Source: Squalus acanthias
Taxonomy: Eukaryota
Direction of reading: 5' to 3'
Assembly: GCA_030390025.1 (NCBI GenBank)
Contig: CM059431.1
Coordinates: 95,792,001 to 95,856,000 of the forward strand
Length of the DNA stretch: 64,000 bases
In this document: positions 38,623 through 51,078 of the stretch, in pieces
Position numbering within the stretch: the stretch's first letter is position 1
Layout: each line of letters starts with the position of its first letter
Made by a program: the position numbers and the translations under genes
The notes under the pieces: generated by a model
Databases searched by the model: none
What the model saw: the letters and a program-made list of their open reading frames with translations, nothing else
What the model was told of the DNA's origin: nothing

Positions 38623-38910
38623 ATTGTGTTGGGGTTAGAATTGAAACAGAGTATTAACATATGGTCACGAGACGTTAACTGTATCTGGACGAGTACATAT
38701 GCCCATTATGATTGGATAAAATAAGGGACGTACTGGAGAAAATACCTGATTGGATGTATTTTGCCGCAGCTCCGTTTTTTAGGGTATTATATAGGGAACT
38801 TGGGTTTTTGTTAGTGTAGAGTCAATCACCAGGTGAAAAAGACTGTCATAGATGGGAACAAGCAACAGGCATCCATAGTTACGGGCCCTATCAAAATCAG
38901 ACCAGAAAAT

Positions 38911-39859
38911 GGGCCAAAAATTGCAATCGGCTACGTACCTCCGGAGTACACTGGCGAGCTGTGAAAAGAATACGCACCTACCTGATGGCGGCCCTCCTGT
39001 GTAAACTTGCGGTCTGATGCTGCGAGTAGGAGGGCAGCGTAATGGCCCACGGATCTCAGGGAGCATACCTGGGATCACGTGGTCCTGGTCCTCCAATCAG
39101 AAAACAGAATTAGATTTTACATCAGGTCAGAAGGGAATCCCATAATCAGATTTAATGCAATCCCATAATCAGATTTAATGCAATCCCATTATCAGATTTA
39201 ATGCAATCCCATAATCAGATTTAATGCAATCCCATTATCAGATTTAATGCAATCCCATTATCAGATTTAATGCAATCCCATTATCAGATTTAATGCAATC
39301 CCATTATCAGATTTAATGCAATCCCATAATCAGATTTAATGCAATCCCATTATCAGATATAATGCAATCCCATTATCAGATTTAATTACAATTTACAGAA
39401 TTGGAATTTAATTCGTAATCAGCTTCATTCCACCAACTTCATGAAAAATTTAATTTTGCTGATAATTTTGTTGACATCATTAAAACTCTAATATTTGCAG
39501 AAACAAGAAAAACTCATTTGATACAGTTAAACAATATGATTTACAAGATGAAAATGTTTAAAACATGCCTGAGGTATCCCCTTACGCTGATGCAAACAGG
39601 CCCTGTGTCTGTTTGCATCAACCGTATTCATTTCCGTACGCAATTTCTGGGCAGTTGGTGGGCAAATAGCCCAAGTCTGTGCCAGCAATTGTTTTTTTGT
39701 GGGCCGTGCGGAAAGCCTGTCAACGCATAAATTGACAGACCGCAAGATTGGGATTTAGCGCATACGTGTGCAGAAATCCCGTACTTGCAGTGGATTTCAA
39801 AGGAGGTATGACGGCGTACTCTGAGAGTAGTCCGCCATACCCACCGCAAAATCTGGGCC
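38911..39859. mobile_element. Harbinger-type MITE carrying a minisatellite
   Basis: Imperfect TIR gggccaaaaattgc / gcaaaatctgggcc; AAT TSD. Confidence 0.75.
39136..39386. repeat. 23-bp minisatellite, about 11 copies
   Basis: Unit AATCCCAT(A/T)ATCAGATTTAATGC, head-to-tail, no spacers. Confidence 0.97.
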
Positions 39860-40957
39860 AATATCATTTCTTGCTCCGTTTTGTTAATTACTGCTTAGAT
39901 CCTTGCATGTATCGATCTTTGTTTTACTTCTCGACATAAACTGTTACTGGTGTCAACTCTAAAATTATTCAGTAAAACGGGACCTCTTCATGTTTCTTAC
40001 AGCGCCCTGAGCGAGAGAGATTGGCCAAGGTTCCCATTCCAGATTGCTATACAGTGGGGTTGCCAGGTGCGAATAGGATCAGTGCCGACTGTGATGTCTC
40101 CCACAATCAAATAACCTGTCGTCAGTCAGCGTCAAGGATTACACCTAAAAATAGATACCCAGGCAAGACAGCAAAGGGCAATCAGTGCTTGTCATATCCT
40201 ACCCAAACAAGCAGTCAAGCTTTGGAAGGGGAAGGGGAGAGAGGGGGAGAACCCGACAAGAATAAAATTCATAAGAAATTATAAAGAAAGAACATTTCAC
40301 TGGACTAAAGCTATGCTTTTAGCTTTGCATTTTTAATTATTTTCCCCTTTTTTCATTTCCCCTCCCCCACACCATTCACGAAGAGAATGGGATGGAAAAG
40401 AATCAACTCATGAGCCTTTACAACTTTCTAATCATTAGTAATGATGAGTGCTTCAGTGGCCTGGGTTATCTCACCTGCTGAGATTTCCATCCCCATCAGG
40501 GGGGTTTGACCCTTCCTCTTCTCTGTGCATTGCACTGACAGCTTGGCTGAGACCAGAAACTGGTGGCATGGGAAAATTAGAAGTACAAACCCCAAATCAC
40601 AGGGCTACATTTTGATTATTTTTAACTATTCCACAGTGCACACAAAATAACTTCACAAATTGCACAGAGCCTTTTTGCTTTATACAATTTCTTTCCCTTT
40701 CTCTTCTGCAGTAAATCCTGCTAAAGTACAGCTTGAAGGGAATCAACAGCCCTCAGCTAGTCTGCCCACTAGTCTGTGAGAGTCGTGATTAATGAGCATA
40801 AATAGCCTATTTAATCATGGTGGGGACACTGCAGAATGGCCCGATCCCATCCACACATACAAAAGTACAGGACTGGAAAAGGCTGCAATACATTCAAGTG
40901 TCAATCGTCACTCCATCAAATATCTATCCAATTCTCCCTTAAACTTTCTCACACTAA

Positions 40958-41185
40958 GGGCTGGATTTTACCAACCTCAGTGGGTTCGTGGCGGGCGACG
41001 TTGGTGGCGGGTCCCAACCTCGCCGCTGTCTCCATCCCGGCCTCTGCAATTAATTTACCGTGATTGGGCTTGTTAAGCCCACCCAGCGCGTTTGCCGGCC
41101 AATTGGAGGAAGCAGGTCTGGTGACATCATTTGATGAGGCGTCATCAGCCGGTTTTCCTTAAAGGGACCATGGCCAACTTTTTTT
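40958..41185. mobile_element. Truncated Harbinger-type MITE end
   Basis: taa|gggctggatttt TIR; internal similarity to about 62140-62220. Confidence 0.6.
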
Positions 41186-41190
41186 TGCCA

Positions 41191-41420
41191 TGATGCGGAG
41201 ATGCCGGTGTTGGACTGGGGTAAATAAAAGTGAGAAGTCGCACAACACCAGGTTATAGTCCAACAGTTTTATTTGAAATCACAAGCTTTCGGAGCTGCTG
41301 CCCCTTCGTCAGGTGAAGTGAAGGAATACGAATCGGCAAAGCATATATAGACAGAGAACAATGCATGTGTAGCGTACAATGTCAGACGACTACATTTAAT
41401 CCTCCTGACTGCCTTTCGTC
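41191..41420 (-). mobile_element. Penelope-like terminal repeat (family P1)
   Basis: Homologous to 181-368; carries a hammerhead and a gttggact...agtccaac hairpin. Confidence 0.75.
41279..41316 (-). ncRNA. Minimal type I hammerhead ribozyme, intact core
   Basis: Minus strand tcac-CTGACGA-a-ggggc(agca)gctcc-GAAA-gctt-gtga. Confidence 0.75.
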
Positions 41421-41609
41421 ACACCTCTTTCCTCCTTTAAGACTCTCCTTAAAACCTACATCTTTGACCAATCTTTTGGTCAACTGCCCTAATTTCTAAT
41501 TATGTGGCTCGGTGTCAAATTTTTTGTTTTATAATACTCCTGTGAAGCGCCTTGGGAAGTTTTATTACATTAAAGGCGCTATATAAATACAAGTTGTCGT
41601 TGTTGTTGT
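41421..41609 (+). mobile_element. L2-like LINE 3' tail
   Basis: ccttaaaacctacatctttgacc...gtgaagcgccttggg...ggcgctatataaatacaagttgtcgttgttgttg. Confidence 0.65.
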
Positions 41610-43560
41610 ACCGTCATACCTTTTAATGTAGTTTCCCAATCTACCTTAGCCAACTCGTCCCTCATACCTATGTAGTTTGCTTTGTTTAGATTTAAGACCC
41701 CAGTTTTGGATTTAACTAAATCACTTTCAAACTCAATATAAAAATCTATCATATTATGGTCACTCTTCCCTAAGGGCCCCTTTACTACAAGGTTATTAAT
41801 AACCCTTTCTCATTGCGCAATACTAGATCTAAAATAATCTGTTCCCTTGTTGGTTCCTCAACATACTGATCGAGAAAACTATCTTGTGTACATTCCAAGA
41901 ATTCGTCCTCCACACTATTACTGCAATTTGGTTTGCCCAGTCAGTATGTAGATTGAAGTCCCCCATGATTACTATATTACCCTTGTTACATGTGTCTCTA
42001 ATTTCCTGATTTATACTCTGCCCTACATTACAACTACTGTTTAGGGGCCTATAAACAACTCCAACCTACTGCCCCTTGCTGTTTCTTAGCTCCACCCAAA
42101 CTGATTCTACAACTTGATTTTAGGAGCTAAGATCCTTTCCCTCTACTGTCTTTATCCCATTCTTTATTATCAGGGCTACCCCTACTCCTTTTCCATTTTG
42201 TCAATCTCTTCTAAATGTTAAGTATCCTGGAATATTTAGTTCCCAACCTTGGCCACTTTGCAACCATGTCTCTGTAATGGCCATTAGATCAAACGTATTA
42301 ATTTCTATCTGCACTATTAATTCATCTATTTTGTTGCGAATACTTCGTGCATTCAGATATAGTGCCTTTAGCTTTGACTTATTTCTATTTTTCCCTGATG
42401 TCACCTTAGTCACTGATGCCTTATTACCTTTGTTACTCTCTCTGTCCCTTCCTGACCCACTCTGCTTATTTTTACCCAAAACTCTACTCTGCTCTAGAGC
42501 TTGACATTTCTCTCGCTGCTTTTAAATTTACTCATTCCTGAATCCTCCCGCACCCGCCCCTGCTCCCCCCTTCATTAGTTTAAAGCCCTCTCTACTGCCC
42601 TAGTTATTCGGTTCACCAGGACAATGGTCCCAGCCCAGTTTAAGTGGAGCCCGTTCCAACGGAACAGCTCCCTCTTTCCTCAGTACTGGTGCCAGTGCCC
42701 CATGAACTGAAACCCCTTCCTCCTACACCACTCTTTGAGCCACGCATTTAAACCTCTAATTTGTTTGTCCCTATGCCAATTTGCACGTGGCTCAGGTAAC
42801 AACGAGGTTCTGCTTTTCAATTTGGATCCTAGCTCCTCAAACTCCCTCAGCAGAACCTCATTCCTAGTTCTACCTATGTCGTTGGTTCCTACTTGGACCA
42901 CGACAACTGGATCTTCCCTCTCCCACTCCAAGTTCTTCTCCAGCCGCGAGGAGATATTCTTAACCCTGCCACCGGGCAGGCAACACAGCTTTCGGTGCTC
43001 CCTGTCGCGGCTGCAGTGAACAGTATCTATCCTCCTGACTATACTGTTCCCTACTACTACCGCATTCCTTCCTTTTCCCCCCACTTGGATGGCCTCCTGT
43101 ACCATGGTGCCGTGGTCAGTTCGCCCATCCTCCCTGCAGTCCTTGTTCTCACCCATACAGGCAGCAAGTACATCATACCTGTTGGACAAGGTCAAGGGCT
43201 GAGGCTCCTCCATCACTACATCCTGGGTCCCCATACCTTCCTGACTCGCAGTCACACCCTTCTGTCCCTGACCATTGACTAACTGTAAAGTACTGCTCAA
43301 CCTAAGGGGTGTGACTGCCTCCTGGAACAAAGTGTCCAGGTAACTCTCCCCTTCCCTGATGCATCGCAATGTCTGCAGCTCGGACTCCAGTTCAAGAACT
43401 CTGAGCTGAAGTTCCTCGAACTGCAGGCACTTACCACAGATGTGGTTGCTTGGGATCTCATTGGTCTCCACCAACTCCCACATGCAGCAGTTACGACACA
43501 CCACCTGCACTGCCATCTCTAGCTAACCTTATTTTATTTATATAATTAGTTACAGTATTT
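41610..43560 (-). mobile_element. CR1 5' portion: ORF1 (zinc finger, leucine zipper, SGNH esterase; 42680-43516) and start of EN
   Basis: CRNCCMWE...CGKC, VVGNSIVR, CCLPG, VGTND; ORF2 YLNARSIRNK...AITETWL. Confidence 0.88.
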
Positions 43561-44613
43561 TTCAAATGATTATTTTTACTTTATGGTGTTGGTGTGGGGT
43601 GGTGCCAACCTGGAGCATCATGTGGCAGCCAGGGTGTATAGCTTCAAGTGAAGTTAATCTGGCCATGGTGAGGCCATCCCTGGCCTCTCGGGCAGCAATG
43701 TGGTCGGGTGCTGATGCCCTGTGTCCTGTGCAGCATCAGGTGATTGCGGAGAAGGTTGGTGTTGCTGGTGTGCCTGGTCCTGCTGGTGTGCCTGGCCATG
43801 CTGGTATTCAGGTTGATCGTGGTGGGATTCTGAGGACCAAGGTGAGAGAGGTTCAAGGCCACTGATGCTGATGGAATAGATGGCAGGGGAAGTAGAGATG
43901 ACAGAAGTGATCTGTCAATGGTGGGAGAGGTAATGAGGTCAGATTGGATGGAGACTTGTGTAAAGACTTGCAGCATGGTGAATCTGTAGTGGAAATGCAG
44001 TTTAGAGAAGCTAGTGGTTAAGGGAACATTTCTCAATCAGCTGGGAGCTTTGATTTGACATGTGAAGCTGTCAACTCATCAGCTGATTCAATGGCCACTG
44101 ACCTCCCGCCTCAGCTTCACAGACGAGGTCCAGGACAGCAGGAAACCAGTGGCCGACCTATTAAATCCAAAAAGTTGGTAAAAAAACCATTGATAAGTGG
44201 CTGTAAACAAGCCACTAATGATTTTAATTGCCTCCCCCGCCGCTGCAACTTGATTCCTGATGTTCCAAAAGGCCTTTGACAAAGTTCCAGGTGAAAAGCT
44301 GCCCCTTAATTTTAATGAATGAGGATTCAAGATGGGAAACAGTATAGAAAAGTTTAATAGCCAGAACACTACTTCAAATTAAACTGTGACTGTAGGACAA
44401 GGGCACAGGGGCTCAAACAAGGAAAAGCCAAATTTTGGGCTGGCGTCAGGAGTTCTTCAGTGGTCTGCAGAGAGCGGGATTAAACAGAGTGGACTTGAAC
44501 AGAGTGCTTTATTTGGGAACTTGAAAAGAGTGGCAATTTGGAGAAGAGGGGGAAGGAGTTGCTGCTTTTTGCCTACACTACTTGTAGTGCTTTGTGTTAT
44601 AGGTAGATATTTA

Positions 44614-45152
44614 GGGCTCGATTTTGCCAGGCCCGGGGAGTCGGGAATGGAGGCGTGTGGGGTGTTAAAATTGCAAAAAATGGCGGGCGGCCTGACCCCG
44701 CCTCCATCCCACCTCCAAACAATTTTTCCAAATGCGTGGTTTCTGATCCCGTCTCCGTCCCGCCTCCAAGAGGCGAGATAGGCCCTTAAGGCCCTTAACA
44801 ACCACTTAATTGCCTCTATAATCCCATTTTGAGAGGCCTTTCTGATTTTAACACTTTTCCGACGTGATGCACGCCTCCTCTGAAACACGACGGTGAAACC
44901 TGGCGGCAGCACACTTTGATTGCTGACTATCAGCTGCAGGTCCACCATTAAGAAGGAGATTTGATCAATCATCATTCTGGGGGAACTTTTAGCAGTCATA
45001 ACCATTGTTGTGGAACTTTGGAGCCTGGAGTAGTGGTGGTGGTGGTGGAAAAAAAATCTGGGAGCAGACTTAGGTCTCCTGCTGCTCATTTTGCCTCCAG
45101 GTCCCTCTCACAGCAAAGGCCAAAAGCTTCCCAGTCTTTGCAGACCTTTGCA
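44614..45152 (-). mobile_element. Truncated MITE related to family M1
   Basis: tta|gggctcgatttt TIR; similar to about 54490-54850. Confidence 0.7.
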
Positions 45153-47380
45153 GTCCTAGAGTGTATACGGGATGGTTTCCTGGACCAATATGTCGAGGAA
45201 CCAACTGGAGATCAGGCCATCTTAGACTGGGTATTATGTAATGAGAAAGGATTAATTAGCAATCTTGTTGTGCGAGGCCCCTTCGGGAGGAACAATCATA
45301 ATATGATAGAATTCTTCATTAAGATGGAGAGTGAAGTAGTTGACTCAGAGACTAGGGTCCTGAATTTAAATAAAGGAAACTACGATGGTATGAGGCGCGA
45401 GTTGGCTCGGATGGATTGGGGAGCGTTACTTAAAGGGTTGACGGTGGATAGGCAATGGAAAACATTTAACGATCGCATGGATGAACTACAGAATTTGTTC
45501 ATCCCTGTTTGGCATAAAAATAAAACAAAAAAGGTGACTCAATCGTGGCTAACAAGGGAAATTAGGGATAGCATAAGATCCAAGGAGAGTACATATAAAT
45601 TGGCCAGAAAAAGCAGCAAACCTGAGGATTGGGAGCAGTTTAGGATTCAGCAAAGGAGGACAAAGGGATTAATTAAGAGGGGGAAAATAGAATATGAGAG
45701 TAAGCTTGCAAGGAACATAAAAACTGACTGTAAAAGCTTCTATAGATATGTGAAGAGAAAAAGATTGGTGAAGTCAAGCATAGGTCCCTTGCAGTCAGAA
45801 TCAGGGGAATTTATAATGGGGAACAAAGAAATGGGTGACCAATTAAATGCATACTTTGGTTCTGTAAAGGCCAACATGCCAGTTGCCTTCCTTATTGCTT
45901 GCTGTACCTGCATGCTAGCTTTCTGTGTTTCTTGCACGAGGACAACCAAATCTCTCTGAACACCAACATTTGAAAGTTTCTCACCATTTAAAAAGTATTC
46001 TGTTTTTCTATTCTTCCTACCAAAGTGAATAACCTCACATTTCCCTACATTATACTCCCTCTGCCACTTTACTGCCCACTCACTTAGTCTATCTATATCC
46101 CTTTGCAGACTCTTTGGGGGCGATTTTGCCAGCCCTGGGGAGGCGAGTATGGAGACGGGACTGCCGGGAAAATGGCAGAATTTGGGGGCGGGTGCCTAAC
46201 CCGCCCCCAACCTGCCTCCATGCAATCTTGCCAGGAGGCGGGTAGCCGTCCCGTGCCGGGTCCCATCTCCTTGGAGGCGGGAAAGGATTAAAGCCACTTA
46301 ACTGCCTGTTAACAGGTAGTTAACAGGCAGAAAATAGGATTATCCCCATTTTGCCCACACAAAGGCTCCAAAACCCGCCAGGTCAGTGAGGCGAGTAGTG
46401 GGTCTGCGAGGGTCGGAGGGGTGCAAAAGTCTGCTGTGGAGATGAGTGATGGGCGCAAGCGTGGAGAGGTGAGTATCTGAGGTAAGTGCAAAGTGTTAGA
46501 AAATGTGTACTTACCTTTGTTTCTTCCCGCAGGCTTCAGTCGGTGGGTATGCGGAGAGTCTCGGACCTTCGCAGTAGAGATGGCAGATGGCCGTTGCTTC
46601 TCCAATGCAACAACCATCTCATTTCTGCAAAAGAAAGATGTTTGATGAGGTCTTCAATTCAAGACCTCATCAAACTACAGAGAATGTCAGTGTTTGACAG
46701 CTTCACAGAGCTGTCAAAAACGATGACAATTCATCTGTCAAAAGTTTTTGACAGATGAAACGTCATACGTTGACGTTCTCTGCAACCGGCTTTCCCTTAA
46801 TTGGCCTGCTAAGCCCGCTGGGTGGGCTTTACAAGGTCAATCAAGGGAAAATAGCGTGGGTTGGCCAGAAGTTGATGGAGGCGGGACTGAAACCCGACAA
46901 GTGGGAGTCCCGCCTCCAAAAGCTTCCCATTGGCAAAATTACCTCCTTTGTGTCCTCCTCACAACTTACTGACCCATCTAGCTTTGTATCATCAGCAACC
47001 TTGGATACATTACACTCGGTCCCTTCATCTAGGTCATTAATATAGATTGTAAGTAGCTGAGGCCCCAACACTTATCCTTGCGGCACCCCACTAGTTACAG
47101 CCTGCCAACCTGAAAAAGATCCGTTTATCCCTACTCTCTGTTTTCTGTCCGTTAACCAATCCTCTATCCATGCTACTATATTATGACTATCCCCATGAGC
47201 CCTAATCTTGTGTAATAACCTTTGATGTGGCACCTTATCGAATGCCTTTTGGAAATCCAAATATACTACATCCACTGGTTCCTCTTTATCTACCCTGCTA
47301 GTTACATCCTCAAAAAACTCTAATAAATTTGTCAAACACAATTTCCCATTCATAAAACCATGTTGACTCTGCCGAATCAT
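45153..47380. mobile_element. CR1 ORF2 pieces in opposite orientations (45153-45863 plus; about 45862-47380 minus, split by a MITE)
   Basis: LDQYVEEPT...LDWVLCN on plus; QHGF, DFQKAFDKVPH, ADDTKL on minus. Confidence 0.85.
46116..46946 (+). mobile_element. Harbinger-type MITE, family M2
   Basis: TIR gggggcgattttgcc / ggcaaaattacctcc; TTT TSD; homologous to the inverted copy at 62037-62860. Confidence 0.85.
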
Positions 47381-50300
47381 TAAGTGCCTGCATCTTGAGG
47401 AACTTCAGCTCAGAGTTTTTGAGCTGGAGTCTGAGGTGCAGACATTGTGTGACATCAGGGATGGGGAGTGTTACCTGGACACTTTGATCCAGGAGGCAGT
47501 CACACCCTTTAGGTTAGGTAATGGTACAGGTCTGGTTAGCGGTCAGGGACAGGAGGGTGTGACAGCAACTCGGGCAGGTAAGGGGACCCCAGGTGCAGTG
47601 CTGGAGGAGCCTCAGCCTTTGCCCTTGTCCAACAGGTATGAGGTTCTTGCTGCCTGTGTGGATGAGGGAAAAGCCTGCAGGATGGATGAGCAAGCTGACC
47701 ATGGCACCATGGTGCAGGAGGTCATTCAAGTGGGGGGTGTGAAAGGGAATGTAGTTGTGGTAGGGGATAGTATAGTCACGGGGATAGATACTGTTCTTTG
47801 CAGCCGCGACAGAGAGTTCCGAAGGTTCTGTTGCCTGCCAGGCTTAAAGACATCTCGCAGCTGGAGAAGAACTTGCAGTGGGAGGGGAAGGATCCAGTTG
47901 TCGTGGTCCATGTAGGAACCAACGACATAGGTAGAACTAGGAATGAGGTTCTGCTGAGGGAGTTTGAGGAGCTAGGATCCAAATTAAAAAGCAGAACCTC
48001 AAAGGTAATAATCTTTGGATTGTTACCTGAGCCACACGCAAATTGGCATAGGGACAAACAGATTAGAGGTTTAAATGCATGGCTCAAAGTGTGGTGTGGG
48101 AGGAAGGGGTTTCAATTCATGGGGCACTGGCACCAGTACTGGGGAAAGAGGGAGCTGTTCCATTGGGACGGGCTCCACTTAAACTGGGCTGGGACCAGTG
48201 TCCTGTCGAACCGAATAACTGGGGCAGTAGAGAGGGCTTTAAACTAATGAAGGGGGTGATGGGGAGGATTCAGGAAAGAGTAAATTTAAAAGCAGCGAGA
48301 GAAATGTCAAGGATCTAGAACAGAGTAGAGTTTTGGGTAAAAATAAGAAGAGTGGGTCAGGATGGGACAGAGAGAGTAACAAAGGTAATAAGGCATCAGT
48401 GACTAATGTGAAATCAGGCAAAAATAGAAATAAGTCAAAGCTAAAGGCACTATATCTGAATGTGCGAAGCATTCACAACAAAATAGATGAATTAATAGCG
48501 CAGATAGAAATCAACAGGTTTGATCTAATAGCCATAACGGAGACGTGGCCAAGGTTGGGAACTAAATATTCAGGATACTTAACTTTTAGAGGAGATTGGC
48601 AAAATGGAAAAGGATAAGGGCTAGCCCGGATAAGAAAGGATGGGATAAAGACAGTAGAGAGAAAGGGTCTTAGATCCGAAAATCAAGAAGTAGAATCGGT
48701 TTGGGTGGAGCTAAGAAACAGCAAGGGGCAGAAACCACTGGTTGGAGTTGTTTATAGGCCCCCAAACTGTAGTTGTAATGTAGGGCAGAGTATAAATCAG
48801 GAAATTAGAGGCGCATGTAACAAGGGTAATACAGTAATCATGAGCGACTTTAATCTACATGTAGACTGGGTAAACCAAATTTGCAGTAATAGTGTGGAGG
48901 ACGAATTTGTGGAATATATGCAAGGTAGTTTTCTAGATCAGTATGTTGAGGAACTAACTAGGGAACAGCATATTTTAGATCTAGTATTGTGCAATGAGAA
49001 AGGGTTAATCATAACCTTGTAGTAAAGGGTTTTTTAGGGAAGAGTGACCATAATATGACAGAATTTTATATTGTGTTTGAAAGTGATTTAGTTAAATCCG
49101 AAACTAGGGTCTTAAATCTAATCAAAGCAAACTACGTAGGTATGAGGGGCGAGTTGGCTAAGGTAGATTTGAAAACTACATTAAAAGGTAAGATGGTAGA
49201 CAAGCAATGGCTAGGATTTTGAAGAATTAATACATAATTTACAACAAATATACATTCCTTTAAGGCACAAAAACCCCACAGGAAAAGTGGTCCAACCATT
49301 GTTAATAAGAGAAGTTAAAGATAGTATTAGATCAAAGGAAGAGGCTTATAATGTTGCCAAAAAGAGTAGTAAGACTGAGGATTGGGAGGATTTTAGAATT
49401 CAGCAAAGGAGGACCAAGAAATTGATAAAGAAAGGGAAAATAGAATACGATAGTAAACTAGCTAGAGACATAAAAACAGACTGTAAAAGCTTCTATAGGT
49501 AAGTAAAAAGGCAAAGATTAGCGAAAGTAAATGTGGGTCCCTTACAGGCTGAGACAGGAGAAATTATAATGGGGAATAAGGAAATGGCAGAGAAATTAAA
49601 CAAATACTTTGTGTCTGTCTTCACAGAAGAAGACACAAAAAACTTCCCGGAAATAGTAGAGGACCAAGGATCTAGCGAGAATGAGGAACTGAAAGAAATT
49701 AGTATTAGTAAAAAAATAGTACTGGAGAAATTAATGGGACTGAAAGCCAATAAATCCCCTAGACCTGATAGCCTCTATCCTAGGGTTTTGAAAGAGGTGG
49801 CTACAGAGATAGTGGATGTATTGGGTTGTCATTTTCCAAAATTCCATAGATTCTAGAATGGTACCCGCGGATTGGAAGGTAGCAAATGTAATCCCCACTA
49901 ATTAAGAAAGGAGAGAGAGAGAAAATGGGGAACTATAGACCAGTTAGCCTGACATCAGGAGTAGGGAAAATGCCAGAATCTATTATTAAGGACGTGGTAA
50001 CAGGGCACTTAGAAAATAATAATAGGATTAGGCAGAGTCAACATGGATTTATGAAAGAGAAATCGTGTTTGAAAAATCTGTTGGAATTTTTTGAGGTTGT
50101 AACTAGCAGAATAGATAAGGGGGAACCATTGGATGTGATGTACAGGTTGAGCATCCAAAATCCGGAGTTCCGGAATCCAGAATTTTCCGGAATCCGGACT
50201 CCGGGACGATTGGTGGCAGGGTCGTCCAGAATCCGTAAAATGTTCCGGAATCCGGACACCCTGTCAAACCGTTTCCGCCGCCAGCCAGGCCCAGTGAAAA

Positions 50301-51078
50301 CCTTTATTATATTTCATGCTTTGAGTACTGTACATTCCTTTTCAAAATTGAAGATGGTAGCAATAGATCCAGGCCGGGACGCTCACATTAAGTACAGTTA
50401 CAGAGTACAGCATTGCAAAAACAAGAGAGGGAGGCTTACCGTGCGTTGTGAAGAAGCGAGGACTACAAGGCCTGCGAGGTGAAGAACTACAAGGTGACGT
50501 CCAAAAACCGGAAATAACGCAGCCTGGGCCCAGGCATTTCCGGACTCGGAACGTGTTTCTGATGTCCGAAGTCTGGAAACGCCCGAGCCCAGGTTGCGAT
50601 ATTTCCGGACTTCGGACATCAGAAACACGTTCCGAAGTCCGGAAAAAACACGAAAACCGGCTCGGCCTCGGTCCCGAGGTTGCCAGATTCAGGACGCTCA
50701 ACCTGTATTGGATTTTCAGAAGGCATTCAATAAGGGGCCACACAAGAGGTTATTAAACAAAATTAGGGCTCATAGAATTGGGCATGGATACTAGCATGGA
50801 TTGAGGATTGGTTAATGGACAGAAAACAGAGAGTAGGAATAAACGGATGATTTTCGGATCTTTGGAATTCTCTCCCCCAGAGGGCTATGGAGGCTCAGTC
50901 GTTGAGTATATTGAAGACAGAGATCGATAGACTTTTGAATATTAAGGGAATCAAAGGATATGGGGATAGTGCAGGAAAGTGGAGATGAGGTAGAAGATCA
51001 GCCATGATCTTATTGAATGGCGGGGTAGGCTCGAAGGGCCAAATGGCCTACTCTTGCTCCTATTTCTTATGTTCTTAT
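47381..51078 (+). mobile_element. CR1 LINE with esterase ORF1 and decayed ORF2 (internal RT deletion near 50858)
   Basis: GDSIV, HVGTND, DGLHLN; YRPPN; NYRPVSLTS; tail ggcctactcttgctcctatttcttatgttcttat. Confidence 0.9.
50143..50705. mobile_element. Tc1/mariner-pogo (Tigger-like) MITE
   Basis: TA TSD; TIR caggttgagcatcc / ggacgctcaacctg; subterminal TCCGGA-type repeats; the host CR1 motif (DVMY-LDFQKAF) is restored on removal. Confidence 0.88.

Noticed and set aside
38760..38805. LRFLGYYIG as a retroviral RT motif
   Set aside because: It is isolated, with no YxDD or other RT motifs nearby, and lies 3' of env; probably chance.
39136..39386. CRISPR-like array
   Set aside because: The units are contiguous with no unique spacers, there are no cas genes, and the context is eukaryotic.
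40440..40550. C/D box snoRNA (ATGATGA...CTGA)
   Set aside because: No convincing terminal stem, the nearest D box is too close, and no guide sequence is recognised.
43570..44035. Coding region or LINE leader
   Set aside because: Low-complexity, with no diagnostic motif; I could not classify it.
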